Source: Octopus vulgaris
Lineage: Eukaryota
Direction of reading: 5' to 3'
Assembly: GCA_951406725.2 (NCBI GenBank)
Contig: OX597817.1
Coordinates: 153,388,001-153,452,000 of the forward strand
DNA: 64,000 nt
Shown here one piece after another: positions 42,471 through 56,137 of this stretch (position 1 is the stretch's first letter; every line of letters starts with the position of its first letter). The notes under the pieces were generated by a model. It was not told where the DNA came from and ran no database searches. It saw only the letters and a list, made by a program, of their open reading frames with translations. A program made the translations under genes and the position numbers.

Positions 42471-42661
42471 TATGATAACTGAGTTCAAATCCTATCGAGT
42501 CCAACTTTACTATTCGTTCCCTTGGGTTCCTTAAAATAAAGTGTCAATCAAACACTAAGGTCAGTATATTCGACTAACCTCTTCCCCGCAACTCTGAAGT
42601 CTTGTATCTATTTTAGAAACAATTATAGAATAGCACCGGTTTTATAAAATGCGTTGACGTA

Positions 42662-43028
42662 TCTTTTATTTTTTACTTCATTCAGTCATGGGACTGTGGT
42701 CATGCTGGAGCACATCCTTGAAGGGTCTGGTCGAAAAATCGACCTCAGTAGTTATTTTTGAGCCTTGTTCTATCTGTTTCTCTTTCTACCTCTCTGTTAC
42801 GGAGTGCAAACAAACCAGCACCGGTTGTCAGGCGGTGGTGGATTACAGACACAAACACATATGACGGGCTTCTTTCAGATTCTGTCCACCGAGTCTACTA
42901 ATAAAACTTTGGTCACTTCGGGGGTTATTGTAGAAAACACTTGTCCATAGTGAAGCGCAGTGGGGCTGAACCCAAGACCACACGGTCGGGAATTAAGCCT
43001 CTTAACCACACAGCCATGCTTACACCTA
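42662..43028 (-). mobile_element. Diverged SINE family B
   Basis: TTCAGTCAT..CATGCTGGAGCAC..GACGGGCTTCTTTCAG..ACCACACAGCC. Confidence 0.72.
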
Positions 43029-43154
43029 TATGAGTGCATTTTGATTTCGATTTCTGCCATTGTCCAATCTTCCCTTTATCCTTGATGCTCTACGCTGGTG
43101 CATTGTGGAGGGGGTTTGTTCCTCCGAGATCGATGCTATAAGTATCAGTTATAA

Positions 43155-43278
43155 ATTGGTAGCAAGGGCATCCAGCCGTTAAAACTACGCAGCATCTGCC
43201 TAGCCAGCTCCTGTCAAACCGTCCAACCCATGCCAGCATGGAAAGCGGACGTATGAAGAAGATGATGATGATGATGAT
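43155..43278 (+). mobile_element. Retroposon 3' end with (TGA)n tail (RTE-type tail)
   Basis: AAGGGCATCCAGCCG..CCAACCCATGCCAGCATGGAAAGCGG followed by (GAT)n. Confidence 0.55.
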
Positions 43279-43319
43279 TTCCTACTGTATGCGGTTAGTT
43301 GTTTATTCTTGACCCTCAG

Positions 43320-43321
43320 TT

Positions 43322-43384
<63 letters not shown>

Positions 43385-43407
43385 CGAGGAGTATTTGTAG
43401 TAGTTGC

Positions 43408-43454
<47 letters not shown>

Positions 43455-43640
43455 TAGTAGTAGTAGTAGTAGTAGTAGTTAGTTTTGCAGTATTTGCAAT
43501 AGAGAAACTAATGTTAGTAATGTTAGTAGAAGTAGTTGTAGTTGCAGTAGTTGTACAAATTGTTGTCATGGTGATAGTAAATGTAGTACTAGTAGGTGTT
43601 GTAGTATTTGCAAAACAGAGACTAATGGTAGTAATGATAT

Positions 43641-43684
<44 letters not shown>

Positions 43685-43785
43685 TTGGTGATGCTGGCAG
43701 TAGTTATTGTATTGTTTATAACAAGAGGAAGTAACGGTAGTAGTACTAATAGTATTTACTGCTGTAGTTATGTTAGTAGTAGCAG
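43320..43785. repeat. (TAG)n microsatellite and degenerate extension
   Basis: Directly visible. Confidence 0.94.
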
Positions 43786-44092
43786 CCCCTATTAACTACA
43801 GCATGACAACGAGGACGGCTACACGTGGTCGTTCGAACCGTTAGAAATAGCAGCTAAATCTCTCTCAAATAACATCTAGCCATCTTAAAATTACATTTAT
43901 AAACGATCAAGTCGAGTAATGCAGTGTTGGTTCCCTTGAAAACAGTCGATGGTCACGGATGGAATAGCTTTGTTCATGGTTTTGCGTGCACTAAAAGGGT
44001 TGACCTAGCGCTAAACAGCCACATCTGAAATAAAAAGAACAGCAGCAACAATAATATTAATAATGGTTTCATATTTTGGCACAAGGCCAGAA

Positions 44093-44484
44093 GTGGAGGC
44101 GCAATGGCCCAGTGGTTAGGGCAACGGACTCGCGGTCATAGGATCGCGGTTTCGATTCCCAGACCGGGCGTTGTGAGTGTTTATTGAGCGAAAACAACTA
44201 AAGCTCCACGAGGCTCCGGCAGGGGATGGTGGTGTTCCCTGCTGTACTCTTTCACCACAACTTTCTCTCACTCTTACTTCCTGTTTCTGTTGTACCTGTA
44301 TTTCAAAGGGCCGGCCTTGTCACTCTCTGTGTCACGCTGAATATCCCCGAGAACTACGTTAACGGTACACGTGTCTGTGGAGTGCTCAGTCACTTACACG
44401 TTAATTTCACGAGCAGGCTGTTCCGTTGATTCGGATCAACCGGAACCCTCGTCGTCGTAACCGACGGAGTGCTTCTATCCATTC
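44093..44484 (+). mobile_element. SINE family A, tail type 1, nested in an older C-related SINE
   Basis: 13-bp TSD CACAAGGCCAGAA at 44080-44092 and 44485-44497. Confidence 0.94.
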
Positions 44485-47400
44485 CACAAGGCCAGAAATT
44501 TTGGTGGAGAAGTAAGTCGATTACATCAACCCCAGTGTTCAACTGGTACTTATTTTATCGATGCACGAAGGGATGAAAGGCGCAGTCGATCTCGGTGAAT
44601 TCGATCTCAGAGCGTAAAGACGGACGAAATTCCGCTAAGCATTTTGCCCGGCGTGCTAACGATTCTGCCAGCCAGCTCACCACCTTTAATAATAATAATG
44701 ATAATAATAATCGATTTTACTAAAGGCACAAGACCTAAAATTTTGAGCAAGAGGATTTAGTCGATTACATCGACCTCAATGTTTCACTGGTATTTAATTT
44801 ATCGAACCCAAAAGGATGAAAAACAAAGTCGACCTCGGCGGATTTTGAACTCAGAACGTAAAGATAGACGAAATACAGCTAAGCATTTTGCCCGGCGCGC
44901 TAACGATTCTGCCAGCTCGGCGCCTTTAACATTAATAAACCTTTCCAATTTTGGCACAAGGCTAGCAATTTTGTTGGGGAGGGTGAAGGGGGTTATATCT
45001 ACCCTAGTACCCAACTGGTATCCCTTCCAAGGATTTATGAAATATCAGTTAAGAACTGAAGGCTGTAAAATTGCCAACAAGATTTTATTAAAAATTCTCT
45101 CTACTATAAGTGCAAGCATGGGGATTTTTGGTGAGTGGGTAGGTCGATTACATCGACTCCAGTGTTTACTTTATCGACCCCGAAAGGGATGAAAGATAAA
45201 GTCGACCTCGGCAGAATTTGAACGTGAAAAGCCGAAAGGAATACCGCTAGCCGCTAAGCATTTTGCCCGACGCGCGAACGATTCAGCCTGAATGTCGTCA
45301 CCTTTAAAAACACTTTCTCCTGTTGGTATAGAGCCTGAGATTTTTGTGGAGGGGTTTAGTCGATTACATCAACTTCAGAGCCTGACTGGTTCTTATTTTA
45401 TCGAACCAGAAAGGACGAAATTCAAAGTCAACTTCGGTGGGATTTGAACTCAGAATGTAAATAACTGGAAGAAACTCCGGATTGGATACTACTGCGTGGC
45501 AGGAAAATGCTTTGGCAGTATCGCGAGAGCGTCAAACAATTTCTTAACATATTTAAATTTCCTCTTTTTTCGTGAGGGTGTCTTCAAGTTGATACAGTCA
45601 AGTACTGCCTTCCCTTGTCTCCAGCAGCGGGCGTTCTGAAGAATTCTTCCGAGACTGTGGGAAGGTGAGAAGAAAGTAACATAAAACCAGAAGCCTAATC
45701 CTTCAGCATGCAACAGAGTTGGTTCTTTTAAAGTCCCTCAAGGTGACAAGTGACGGTGCTAAACTTAGCTTCAGATAAAATCTATCACCCAAATCGACCA
45801 CGCTGAGATCTGAGCTCAGACCATAAAGCGTTCTATCTGAGGCTCTAATGATGTCACCAGTCCACTGTCCAAGACTGAAACTTTGTTTATCGACCCCCGA
45901 ATGGATGAAAATCAAAAGTTAACATCAGCCGAACTTTGAATTCATAACAGAAGGAGCTGGAATAAACCCCACAAAACATTCCGTCCGACGCTCTAACGTG
46001 TTTGCCAATTTTCCGCTTACAGTTACAATGCTTTGCCTTCTGAGCTCAAATTTCATTACGGTCAGTTCCAGATTTCCTCTTTCGGGGGTCTAAAACTTAG
46101 ATTACAAATCAAATGCCGGATCCATAGTATGAACTTTTTCCCACACCCCACCAAATTTCTGGCCCTGTGCTTTTGTAAGCAGCCATAATAAAGAATGACG
46201 AAGGTGTGGAAGCCAAAGGATCATCATGCAGCATTCGTTTATGATCTTTTACATTCCACTTTCAAAATCCACCATGGCCAATTTTAACCTTCCAGGTATT
46301 TAAGAAATATTTACCTGTTAAGTACTGGAGGTTGTAAAATTGGCAACATTCCAGGAGGTTATTAGAATCTTTCTACTATAGGCACAAGTCCTGGGATCTT
46401 GGGTGAGTGAATTACATCGATTCCAATGCTCAGCCATCACTTATTTTATCGATACCGAAAGGGATGGAAAGTAAAGTCGACCTTGGCGGAATTTGAACGT
46501 GAAGAGCTGGTAGAAATGCCAGTAAGCATTTTGGCTGAGACGCTAAGGATTCTGCCAGAATGTCCCCTTTTAGAATAATCCTTTTTACTGTCGAAATTGA
46601 GCCTGAGATTTGGGGGGTGAGGTTATCGACTTCATCGACTTTAATGCTTGATTGGTACTTTTGGTACATGCTTTATCGAATCCTAAAGGAATAGTCGACC
46701 TCAGCAGAAATTGAACTCAGAATGAGGTCAATTTCAGAGCGAGTTATGGCGGCGAGCTGGCAGAAACGTTAGCACGCCGGGAGAAATGCTTAGCGGTATT
46801 TCGTCTGCCGTTACGTTCTGAGTTCAAATTCCGCCGAGGTCGACTTTGCCTTTCATCCTTTCGGGGTCGATTAAATAAGTAACAGTTACGCACTGGGGTC
46901 GATATAATCGACTTAATCCGTTTATCTGTTCTTGTTTGTCCCCTCTATGTTTAGCCCCTTGTGGGTAGTAACGAAATAGGTATTCCGTCTGTCGCTACGT
47001 TCTGAGATAAAATTCCGCCGAGGTCGACTTTGCCTTTCATCTTTTCGGGGTCGATTAAGTAAGTACCAGTTACGCACTGGGGTCATTATAATCGACTTAA
47101 TCCGTTTGTCTGTCATTGTTTGTCCCCTCTGTGTGTAGCCCCTTGTGGGCAATAAAGAAATAAGAAATTGAAGCCAGAACGTAAAGCCGGTGGAAATGCC
47201 ACTAAGCATTTTTGTCCGACATGCCGACGATTCTGTTAGTTCGCCTCCTTGGAAGTTTATTAAACTGACAACATCTAAAATTCGTTGTTTCATTCTAGTG
47301 TAAGCAATCATCTAACAGAATTGATAGAGCGTCTGAGAAAATGCGTCCTTTTGCACTTTGAGTTCAAATCCCACCGGCCTCAGTTCTGTGTTTTATTCGT

Positions 47401-47530
47401 ACGGAATCGATAAAATAAACATTTCATCGACACCCGAATGGATGAAGGGTAACGTTGGCCTCGGTGAGATTTTAAAAGCTGGAAAAAGCATCACTAAGGT
47501 TTTTTTGTGAGACGTTTTAACGAATCTACG
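44485..47530 (-). mobile_element. Cluster of about 9 older family C-related SINE copies, mostly minus strand
   Basis: Recurrent GTCGATTACATC..TTTTATCGA..AAAGTCGACCTCGGCGGAATTTGAAC..AAGCATTTTG..ACGATTCTGCCA modules. Confidence 0.75.
46748..47163 (+). mobile_element. SINE family C dimer
   Basis: Head plus unit ending GGGTAGTAA.GAAATA, then headless unit ending GGGCAATAAAGAAATAAG. Confidence 0.92.
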
Positions 47531-47558
47531 AGCTCGCCGTTTTACTCCTTCGTGAAAA

Positions 47559-47862
47559 TTGTTTGTTCCTTCTCGAGCCATCCCTGGCTCATAAGGTCCG
47601 GTTTCCCAGTTTCCTTGGCGTATAGGTTCCCCACCTGGACGGGACGCCAGTCCGTCGCAGGTGGGCTGCAAGATGCAGGAGGAAAAGGTGAGAGAAAGTT
47701 GTGGCGAAAGAGTCAGCAGGAGTTCGCCATTACCGTCTGCCGGAGCCGCGTGGAGCTTAGGTGTTACGCTCATAAACACACACATCGCCCGGTCTGAGAT
47801 TCGGACCCGTAATCCTTCGACTGCGAGTCCGCTGCTCTAACCACTAGGCCATGTGCCTCCAC
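47559..47862 (-). mobile_element. SINE family A-related head with tail type 4
   Basis: Variant head GTGGAGGCACATGGCCTAGTGG; tail contains CCTGCGACGGACTGGCGTCCCGTCCAGG. Confidence 0.82.
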
Positions 47863-47970
47863 CTTCACCTCAGATAACGTCATACTATCTCAATATATAC
47901 TGCTGTAATGACCTCTCTCCCTCATTTTATGCCTCCATCGTAGATGGGTAGATTTGCTAGTAACATTAAT

Positions 47971-48062
47971 CACAAACACACGCATCGCCCAGTCTGAGAT
48001 TCGAACCCGCAATATCTCGACCGCGAGTCCACTGCTCTAACCGCCAGGCCATGTACCTCCAC
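47971..48062 (-). mobile_element. Isolated tRNA-like head of the same variant
   Basis: Matches 47775-47862. Confidence 0.75.
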
Positions 48063-48690
48063 TTCATCAAAATAATATAGTTTAAAATCATAATGAAAAA
48101 TGGAGAAAATGGAAAAGAATAAGCCGAAGCTGAAATAAAGGGGTGGGTACCATTTGTTTACTTTTAGCTCAGTAGAAATTCACATAATACAGACATAAAA
48201 TATGAACAACACTATGTATTTTAGCTACATTGGTATTCACTTTCCTGCTGCCCTACAAGAGTAGAAGAAGCAGGAAAATTAATACACGTCATTAAATACA
48301 TAATTTATTAATCTTTTTTCTCAAGGGTACCATACTCTTTGGTTTAGCCTAAACCTATTCAATTAAACTTTTAACAAACTGAAAAATTTCGAAAACTTAA
48401 TCCTTTTGTTACTATATTTCTCTTGGAATACACTGCCTGCGTTTCAATTAATTTTGATAATAATGAAGAATTCATTAAAATAATATTGTTGTTAATCAGT
48501 TGGTGCTTTGAATATGAATTAACATGAATCTGTAATGGAAGTTTTAAATTTAAATCATTCTAAAACAGGAAGTTGGTATCATCAAACCAGAGGTGGTCTC
48601 TGCTGGGTGGTACCAATAGTTGACCAATAGGATTGTTTTCACTTATGATTAGTTAGTAGTGATTAGTCAGTAGATGGTAGTGGGGATTAA

Positions 48691-49107
48691 GGCGGCGAGC
48701 TGGCAGAATCGTTAACACGCCGGGCGAAATGCGTAGCCGTATTTCGTCTGCTCGTTACGTTCTGAGTTCAAATTCCGCCGAGGTCAGCTTTGCCTTTCAT
48801 CCTTTCGGGGTCGATAAATTAAGTACCAGTTACGCACTGAGGTCGATGCAATCGACTTAATCCGTTTGTCTGTCCTTGTTTGTCCTCCCTGTGTTTAGTC
48901 CCTTGTGGGTAGTAAAGAAATAGGTATTTCGTCCGCCGCTACGTTCTGAGTTCAAATTCCGCCGAGGTCGACTTTGCTTTTCATCCTTTCGGGGTCGATT
49001 AAATAAGTACCAGTTACGCACTGGGGTCGATATAATCAACTTAATCCGTTTGTCTATCCTTGTTTAACCCCTCTATGTTTAGCCCCTTGTGGGCAATAAA
49101 GAAATAA
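48691..49107 (+). mobile_element. SINE family C dimer
   Basis: Same dimer architecture; imperfect TSD AGATGGTAG(AG)TGGGGATT. Confidence 0.92.
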
Positions 49108-49493
49108 GATGGTAGAGTGGGGATTTAAAAGGCGAGAGGGAACTATGTCACACTCTCCTCTCCGTACCATCCCTACTGCAAAGAAGAACAATGCTTTGAA
49201 ATCTTGGCACAAGGCCAGAAATTTCGAGGGAGCTGGTACTTCGATAACTTCGACCTTAGTACTCAACTGGTACTTATTTTATTGATCCTGAAAGGATGAA
49301 TTGCAAAATCAACCTTTTCGGAATTTGAAGTCAGAAGCTAAAGACAGACGAAATGCCGCTAAGCATTTTTCCCGGCATACCAACGATTCTGCTAGCTCGC
49401 CGCCTTGGAAACAAAGAAGAATATTTGCAAACTTTAGGCTTTATTGAATCCTATTTCAAATAACCATTGAGCAAAATTTTAATCTTTCTACTA

Positions 49494-49649
49494 TAGGCGG
49501 AGGAGTGGCTGTGAGGTAAGTAGCTTGCTTACCAACCACATGGTTCGGGGTTCAGTCCCACTGCGTGGCACCTTGGACAAGTATCTTCTACTATAGCCTT
49601 GTGAGTGGATTTGGTAGACGGAAACTGAAAGAAGCCCGTCGTATATATG

Positions 49650-49680
<31 letters not shown>

Positions 49681-49891
49681 TTGTGTGTTTGTGTGTCTGT
49701 GTTTGTCGCCCCAACATCGCTTGACAACCGATGCTGGTGTGTTTACGTCCCCGTAACTTAGCGGTTCGACAAAAGAGACCAATAGAATAAGTACTAGGCT
49801 TACAAAGAATAAGTCCTGGGGTCGATTTGCTCGACTAAAGGCAGTGCTCCTTTATGGCCACAGTCAAATATCTGAAACGAGTAAAAGAGTA
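49494..49891 (+). mobile_element. SINE family B inserted in the tail of a C-related SINE
   Basis: Family B sequence; TATAGG duplicated at both ends. Confidence 0.92.
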
Positions 49892-51620
49892 TAGGTACAA
49901 GGTCTGAAATTTTGTGGGGTAAGGCTAGTCGATTATATCGACTCCAGTACTCATCTCTTATTCTATATTCTCGACCCCAAAGCTGTGAAAAGCAAAGTCA
50001 ACATCAGCCGTATTGGAACCTAGGATGTAAAGAGTCGGAAGAAATGCCGTGAAGTATTTTGTCCGACGTGCTAACGATTCTGTTATAAAATCCAAGATGA
50101 TTTTGTCTCCCTTTCAACAGAAATGTATGGCTGTATGAAAGACCCATGCTCTAACTCTGCTATTTATCCCAAGGAGCTGATTTTAAGAACTTTGTGTGCA
50201 GAAGGCTGATCATTGCCTCAATATGAGATTTACTGTCCTGTCCCTGGGCTAGATCCAGATTTCTAAGAAACAAGAGTATTCTGCCTTACATAGAAAATCA
50301 ATAAATATATTGTTGCAAATGTCAATTTCCTCTATGTATGAACATTTTTTTCTTAAAGTATCGAGAGCAGAGACAGAAATAGTTTCCTTTTAAATGAAGA
50401 TGAAATCTGCGTGTGTTTATCAAAAGTTCGACTCTGAACGAAAAAGACAAGTACAGGTTTCTCATTACGAAATCAAATTTCAATATCTAAATTGGCTTCA
50501 AAAATAATATTGCTTTATTTATCTTATGCTAGTTTTTTTCAAGATTGTCAATAAAGGATTAAGTTATTGTAGAAACTGTTGTGATTTCGTTCTGTTTATA
50601 TGCGTTATATCAAGTTGTTAGTTATAATTATTTTTTGTGAATATAAATGTGTGATTTATATTTTTCTTGTGAATGAAATCCTCTTTATGTGGCTTCTTGA
50701 ATAAGCAGTTTGATCTTATTTTGTTATTATTTGGAATGTCAATAAACTTGAGAAAGATTTAAGCTATTTATTTATTTACTTAAAACCTGTTCTCAGAAAA
50801 ATGTATTATGTTTGTCTTAAGGAAATTAATTTTACGAAAGAAAAAAAACATTAGTAAATTTATTTTACAAAAGGGAGAAAGTTTAGTAAATTATATATAA
50901 TATTAGCAATCTCTATTTCATATCTGAAGCAAATACAACATGGAAAACCAAATTAACTGCAGTATTCATTCTGAGATTGTATCTTTTGTGGATGTGTTGC
51001 GTTTAAATGTATAGAAATATATTAATAGCAGGCGAAAATCGTCCAGCATGGCTAAATGCGCATTTCTGCATCCTTGAGCTTCGTCAATAGTAATTTCGTC
51101 CACTGACAACCGCATGCTAAGACGAAATCTATATTTACTGATATAGTAAAACAGAGATGGAAAAATCGCTGATACCGCAATTAGCCAGCAGGTTGGGAAA
51201 AAAATTCATTATGGGTGACAGAGGAAGTATTAGTTTAAATATGATGGACAGATGACTGTTTTAAACAAATATTATTTTCACCACCCATTAGGAATGTATA
51301 ATATTAATTTTATGTAGAGGATCCTTGAGATATGAAACGTATTTCAAGGGGTAATATGTTTGGGAGATACTGCTATGAGAAACAACATGGAAGCTTTTGT
51401 ACATTATTCTAAAATAAAAAACAAATGGGATGGTCACGGTTGGTACGTCTTTGATTATAGATCAGCTTGATCAAGGCTAAACAATAACCATATCAGCAAC
51501 AGCTATTATTATTCTGAAACGCCACTAGGAAACCTAAGATCAGTCGAATTGCTTGAAATAATAACCTTGTGCTCATGAAGCCACACCCTATTATATTATA
51601 AAATTTGAGAGAGAGAGAGT

Positions 51621-51661
<41 letters not shown>

Positions 51662-52156
51662 AGGAAGACCGAAAGAAACGAAGAAAGAGAAGGGGTAAGG
51701 CAGATGGAGAAAAACAGAGGAAAGACCTCTTTTTTCTCTTTCCAATCTAAGGCGAGTGATAGACGAATATCTGATGACGGCTTGACTAATCTTAGGAACG
51801 ATGGTGACAGCAGATGAACTTTGAACGAAATTGTAGAGAGGATTAACTGATGGGAAAAGTGAATTTGATATAATGTAAAACAGAAAAACAAAAAAAAAAC
51901 ACACTCAAATCACACTAGTTTTCAGGGAAAATGTCTGAATTTTTAGTGAAACCAAGACAACAGAGGATGAAATATCTGTGTCTGACAGGAATATTATTCC
52001 AGGATCGTGTGCCACAGAGAGGTCATAGGAAGGTGAGGGAGGATCTGAGCTGAAGCAAATCAACCGATATTGATGTAAGGGTCGATACACACATACATGC
52101 ATGCATGTATGTATGCATACATACATAGGTACGCACGTACTTACATACATAAATAA

Positions 52157-52482
52157 GGAGCACTCCGTCGGTTACGACGATGAGGGTCCCAGCTGATACG
52201 ATCAACGGAACAGCTTGCTCGCGAAATTAACGTGCAAGTGGCTGAGCACTCCACAAACACGTGTACCCCTAACGTAGTTCTCAGGGAGATTCAGCGTGAC
52301 GCAGAGTGTGACAAGGCTGGCCCTTTTGAAGTACCGGTACTACTCATTTTCGCCAGCTGAGTGGACTGGAGTAACGTGAAATAAAGTGTCTTGCTCAAGG
52401 ACACAACGCGTCGCCAGGAATCGAACTCACGACCTTCCAATCGTGAGCCGAATGCTCTAACCACTAAGCTACGCGCCCTCAC
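52157..52482 (-). mobile_element. SINE family A2, full length
   Basis: Matches the 62561 copy; inserted in a (TACA)n tract. Confidence 0.9.
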
Positions 52483-52633
52483 ACATACATACATACATAC
52501 ATACATACATACATACATACATACATACATACATACATACATACATACTTGCATGCATGCATGCATGCATACATACATACATACACACACACACATACAT
52601 ACATACATACATACATACATACATACATACATA

Positions 52634-52825
52634 CGAGGTGGGTACTGAAAAGTTCCTGGCTTTAAGGGTGCCACGAAAGGCCTGGCTGGAGGCCGAAATT
52701 TCCGAGTTCTTTTACAGGGTTTAGAAAAACTGAAGGACTTCTGCCATATCAGTGTGAATCTGAGAGGGGAATATGTTGAATGAAATCATAATTATCTGAT
52801 CCTTCTGTATATTCTTTTACCCAAT
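52634..52825 (+). mobile_element. Mariner-derived MITE remnant (left TIR plus transposase C-terminus)
   Basis: TA|CGAGGTGGGTACTGAAAAGTTCCTGG terminus; encodes SVNLRGEYVE*, like the mariner C-terminal GxYxE. Right TIR not seen. Confidence 0.65.
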
Positions 52826-53257
52826 ACACACACACACACACACACACAAACGCATGCGCACATACACACACACACACACACTCGTTTTTAATTGACAGGA
52901 TCAAAGGCCACCCTGTTTATCGAAAATGACAATCTTGTGTGTCCTTCCGCCTTTAAGACTACAGTGTATGATATGAGAGAGACTCGATTATGATTTTAGG
53001 GCAGTTCGAGAGGCCGCACTGAATTTTTTTTTTTTTTTTTTTGGTGGCTTGTGCAAAAGTCATTCTAAAATGACAATACAGCTGGCCAAAATACAATCTG
53101 ATCAACAGAATTTGTAATAATGTCACAAAGATATTGAAATATATGAGTTCCATCTGAAGAAAATTTGCATCACTGAGAATCTGGAATGTCCGTTGATGAA
53201 AAGGAGAGCTGGATTTCGCGTATGAAATAAATGTCGTTATTGCCAAGTGTGCTTTAA

Positions 53258-53671
53258 GGGGGCGAGCTGGCAGAAACGTTAGCACGCCGGGCGAAATGCG
53301 TAGCCGTATTTCGTCTGCCGTTACGTCCTGAGTTCAAATTCCGCCGAGGTCGACTTTACCTTTCATCATTTCGGGGTCGATTAAATAAGTACCAGTTACG
53401 CACTAGGGTCGATGTAATCGACTTAATCCGTTTGTCTGTCCTTCTTTGTCCTCTCTGAGTGTAGCCCCTTGTGGGTGGTAAAGAAATAGGTATTTCGTCT
53501 CCCGTTATGTTCTGAGTTCAAATTCAGCCGAAGTCGACTTTGCCTTTCATCCCTTCGGGGTCGATAAATTAAGTACCAGTTACGCACTGGGGTCGATATA
53601 ATCGACTTAATCCGTTTGTCTGTCCTTGTGTGTCCCCTCTATGTTTAGCCCCTTGTGGGCAATAAAGAAAT
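53258..53671 (+). mobile_element. SINE family C dimer
   Basis: AAGTGTGCTT duplicated on both flanks. Confidence 0.92.
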
Positions 53672-53827
53672 AAGTGTGCTTATAATTTTTTTTAATGTGT
53701 ATATAAATATTGATTTAAAAGTTTGGCAATTTTCGGGGACTGATACTATGTTTTATCGATATCGGGACGATGAAAAGCAAAGTAAACTTCGGCAGAATTT
53801 GAACTAAGAACGTAAAGACAAATGAAA

Positions 53828-54200
53828 TACTCTTTTAACTCTTTTACTTGTTTCAGTCATTTGACTGCGACCATGCTGGAGCACCGCCTTTAGTCGAGCA
53901 AATCGACCCCAGGACTTATCCTTTGTAAGCCTAGTACTTATTCTATCTGTCTCTTATGCCGAACCGCTACGTTACGGAAACGTAAACACACCAGCATCGG
54001 TTGTCAAGCGATGTTGGGGGATAAACACAGACACACAAACACGTGCACACACATACACACATGTATATACATATATACGACGGGCTTCTTTTCAGTTTCC
54101 GTCTACCAAATCCACCCACAAAGCTTTGGTCCCACGCAGTGGGACTGAACCCGGAACCATGTAGTTGGAAAGTAAGCTACTTACAACACATCCACTCTTG
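53828..54200 (-). mobile_element. SINE family B nested in a C-related copy
   Basis: Family B tail and body; the host SINE resumes at ~54202 (GCTAAGCATTTTG). Confidence 0.88.
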
Positions 54201-54466
54201 CTGCTAAGCATTTTGACTAGTTTGCTAACGATTCTGCCAACTTGCCGCTTTAATCTGTTTATAAATATTGGTTTCAAATTTTGGCACCAGGGCAGTAATT
54301 TCGAGGGATGGGCTAACTCGATTCCACGGACTTCAATATTCAACTGGTACCTATTTTATCGATTCCGAGGGGACGATAGACAAAGTCGACGTCGGCGGAA
54401 TTTGAACTCAGAACGTTAAGACGGGTAAAACGCCGCCAAGCACTTTGCCCGGCATGCTAACGTTTC

Positions 54467-55067
54467 TTATTTCTTTATTGCCCACAAAGGGCTAAACATA
54501 GAGGGGACAAACAAGGACAGACAAAGGGATTAAGTCGATTACATTGACCCCAGTATGCAACTGGTATGTAATTTATCGACCCCCGAAAGGATGAAAGGCA
54601 AAGTCGACCATGACGGAATTTGAACTCAGAACGTAGCGGCAGACGAAATACTTATTTCTTTACTACCCACAAGGGGCTAAACACAGAAAGGACAAACAAG
54701 GACACACAAACGGATTAAGCCGATTATATCGACCCCAGTGAGTAACTGGTGCGTATTTAATCGAACCCGAAAGGATGAAAGGCAAAGTCGACCTCGGCGG
54801 AATTTGAACTCAGAACGTAGCGGCAGACGAAATACCTTTTTCTTTACTACCCACAAGGGGCTAAACACAGAGAGAACAAACACGGACAGACAAACGGATT
54901 AAGTCGATTATATCGACCCCAGTGCGCAACTGGTACTTATTTAATCGACCCCGAAAGGATGAAAGGCAAAGTCGACCTCGGCGGAATTTGAAGTCAGAAC
55001 GTAGCGGCAGACGAAATACCGCTAAGCATTTCGCCCGGCGTGCTAACGTTTCTGCCAGCTCGCCGCC
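54467..55067 (-). mobile_element. SINE family C trimer
   Basis: One head plus three ~184-bp units. Confidence 0.92.
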
Positions 55068-55822
55068 ATATTGTGTTTTTAAATATTGACGGATAAAATA
55101 CTCCATGACCTATAAACGAAAGGTCTTCTGACGAGATTATTAAAATATCAAGATTAAAAAAATGCTTCTAGGGAAAAATTAATAGAGATTATTCACAACT
55201 CTCTTTGTACATAACAAACCTAACAGAACTTGGAGAATTAAACACTAAAAATAAGTAACTAAACAAACAGATGAATAAACAAACTGGGGCAAGTCGCTTA
55301 AAAAAACAGTCAAAAGCAAACATTCTTCTTGCTAGGAGAAACAGTAACACATCAGGTTAGCATATAATAATAATAGGAAGTCTTAAATCGATATGCGAGA
55401 TATCTCTTTTGTTCAAATATCTCATTTTAAAATCTTACATGAACGCTTAATCCAATTTTGCGGAAAGATAAAGCTAAAATAGTTGAAGTTATGTATCTGA
55501 CTTAAAGATAGGAAATCATAATATAACTTCTCGTATAATATAATAATAATAAAAGATGTTGATGAGTCGGCGAAGAAGTGAAGAAGTTTCTACGTGGTCG
55601 CTGCCTCGCGATACTAAATTTACCTGAAACCACCGTCTTAAAATTGGTAAAATGTAATGGTTAATGTAGTACTAAATAAATTTTGTTTGAAAATGAAAAA
55701 GAAAAAGAATGATTGTATATCTTGAACGAGCTTTTTGAATATGAATCTGCTTGATCAAATCTGACTTGCGACTAAACGGCCATACTACTATCAAAAGCAG
55801 GCGTTGTATAACAACTGGCTAG

Positions 55823-55859
<37 letters not shown>

Positions 55860-55869
55860 CAGCGCGTAT

Positions 55870-56137
55870 AGGAGTTAATGCGTGTGTCAGGATGTGTGAT
55901 TATGCGGTGGGAAGACGGCGTTGATATATTTGTGCAATCAGCGCGGGAGAACGGGCATAAATCTTTTATAGCATTCCATTGTAAATAACCAGAGCAAAAC
56001 TACAACAATAACAACAGCAACAACAACAGCGTCACACCTACCGCCAACACCACCCACCAGCTGCAACAACAACAAAAACAACAACAATAAATGCAGCAAA
56101 AAGAATACAAAATTTAATTAAATTTGAGATAGCGACT
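55870..56137 (+). repeat. Copy 1 of an inverted duplicated segment
   Basis: GACGGCGTTGATATATTTGTGCAATCAGC..GCATAAATCTTTTATA.CATTCCATTGTAAAT.ACCAGAGCAAAAC is the reverse complement of sequence within 61400-61665. Confidence 0.88.

Noticed and set aside
45607-45670. ~40-bp plus-strand exon (CTCCAG..AAG/GTGAGA)
   Set aside because: Splice-like signals only; no recognisable peptide, and the surroundings may be a decayed LINE endonuclease fragment on the minus strand.
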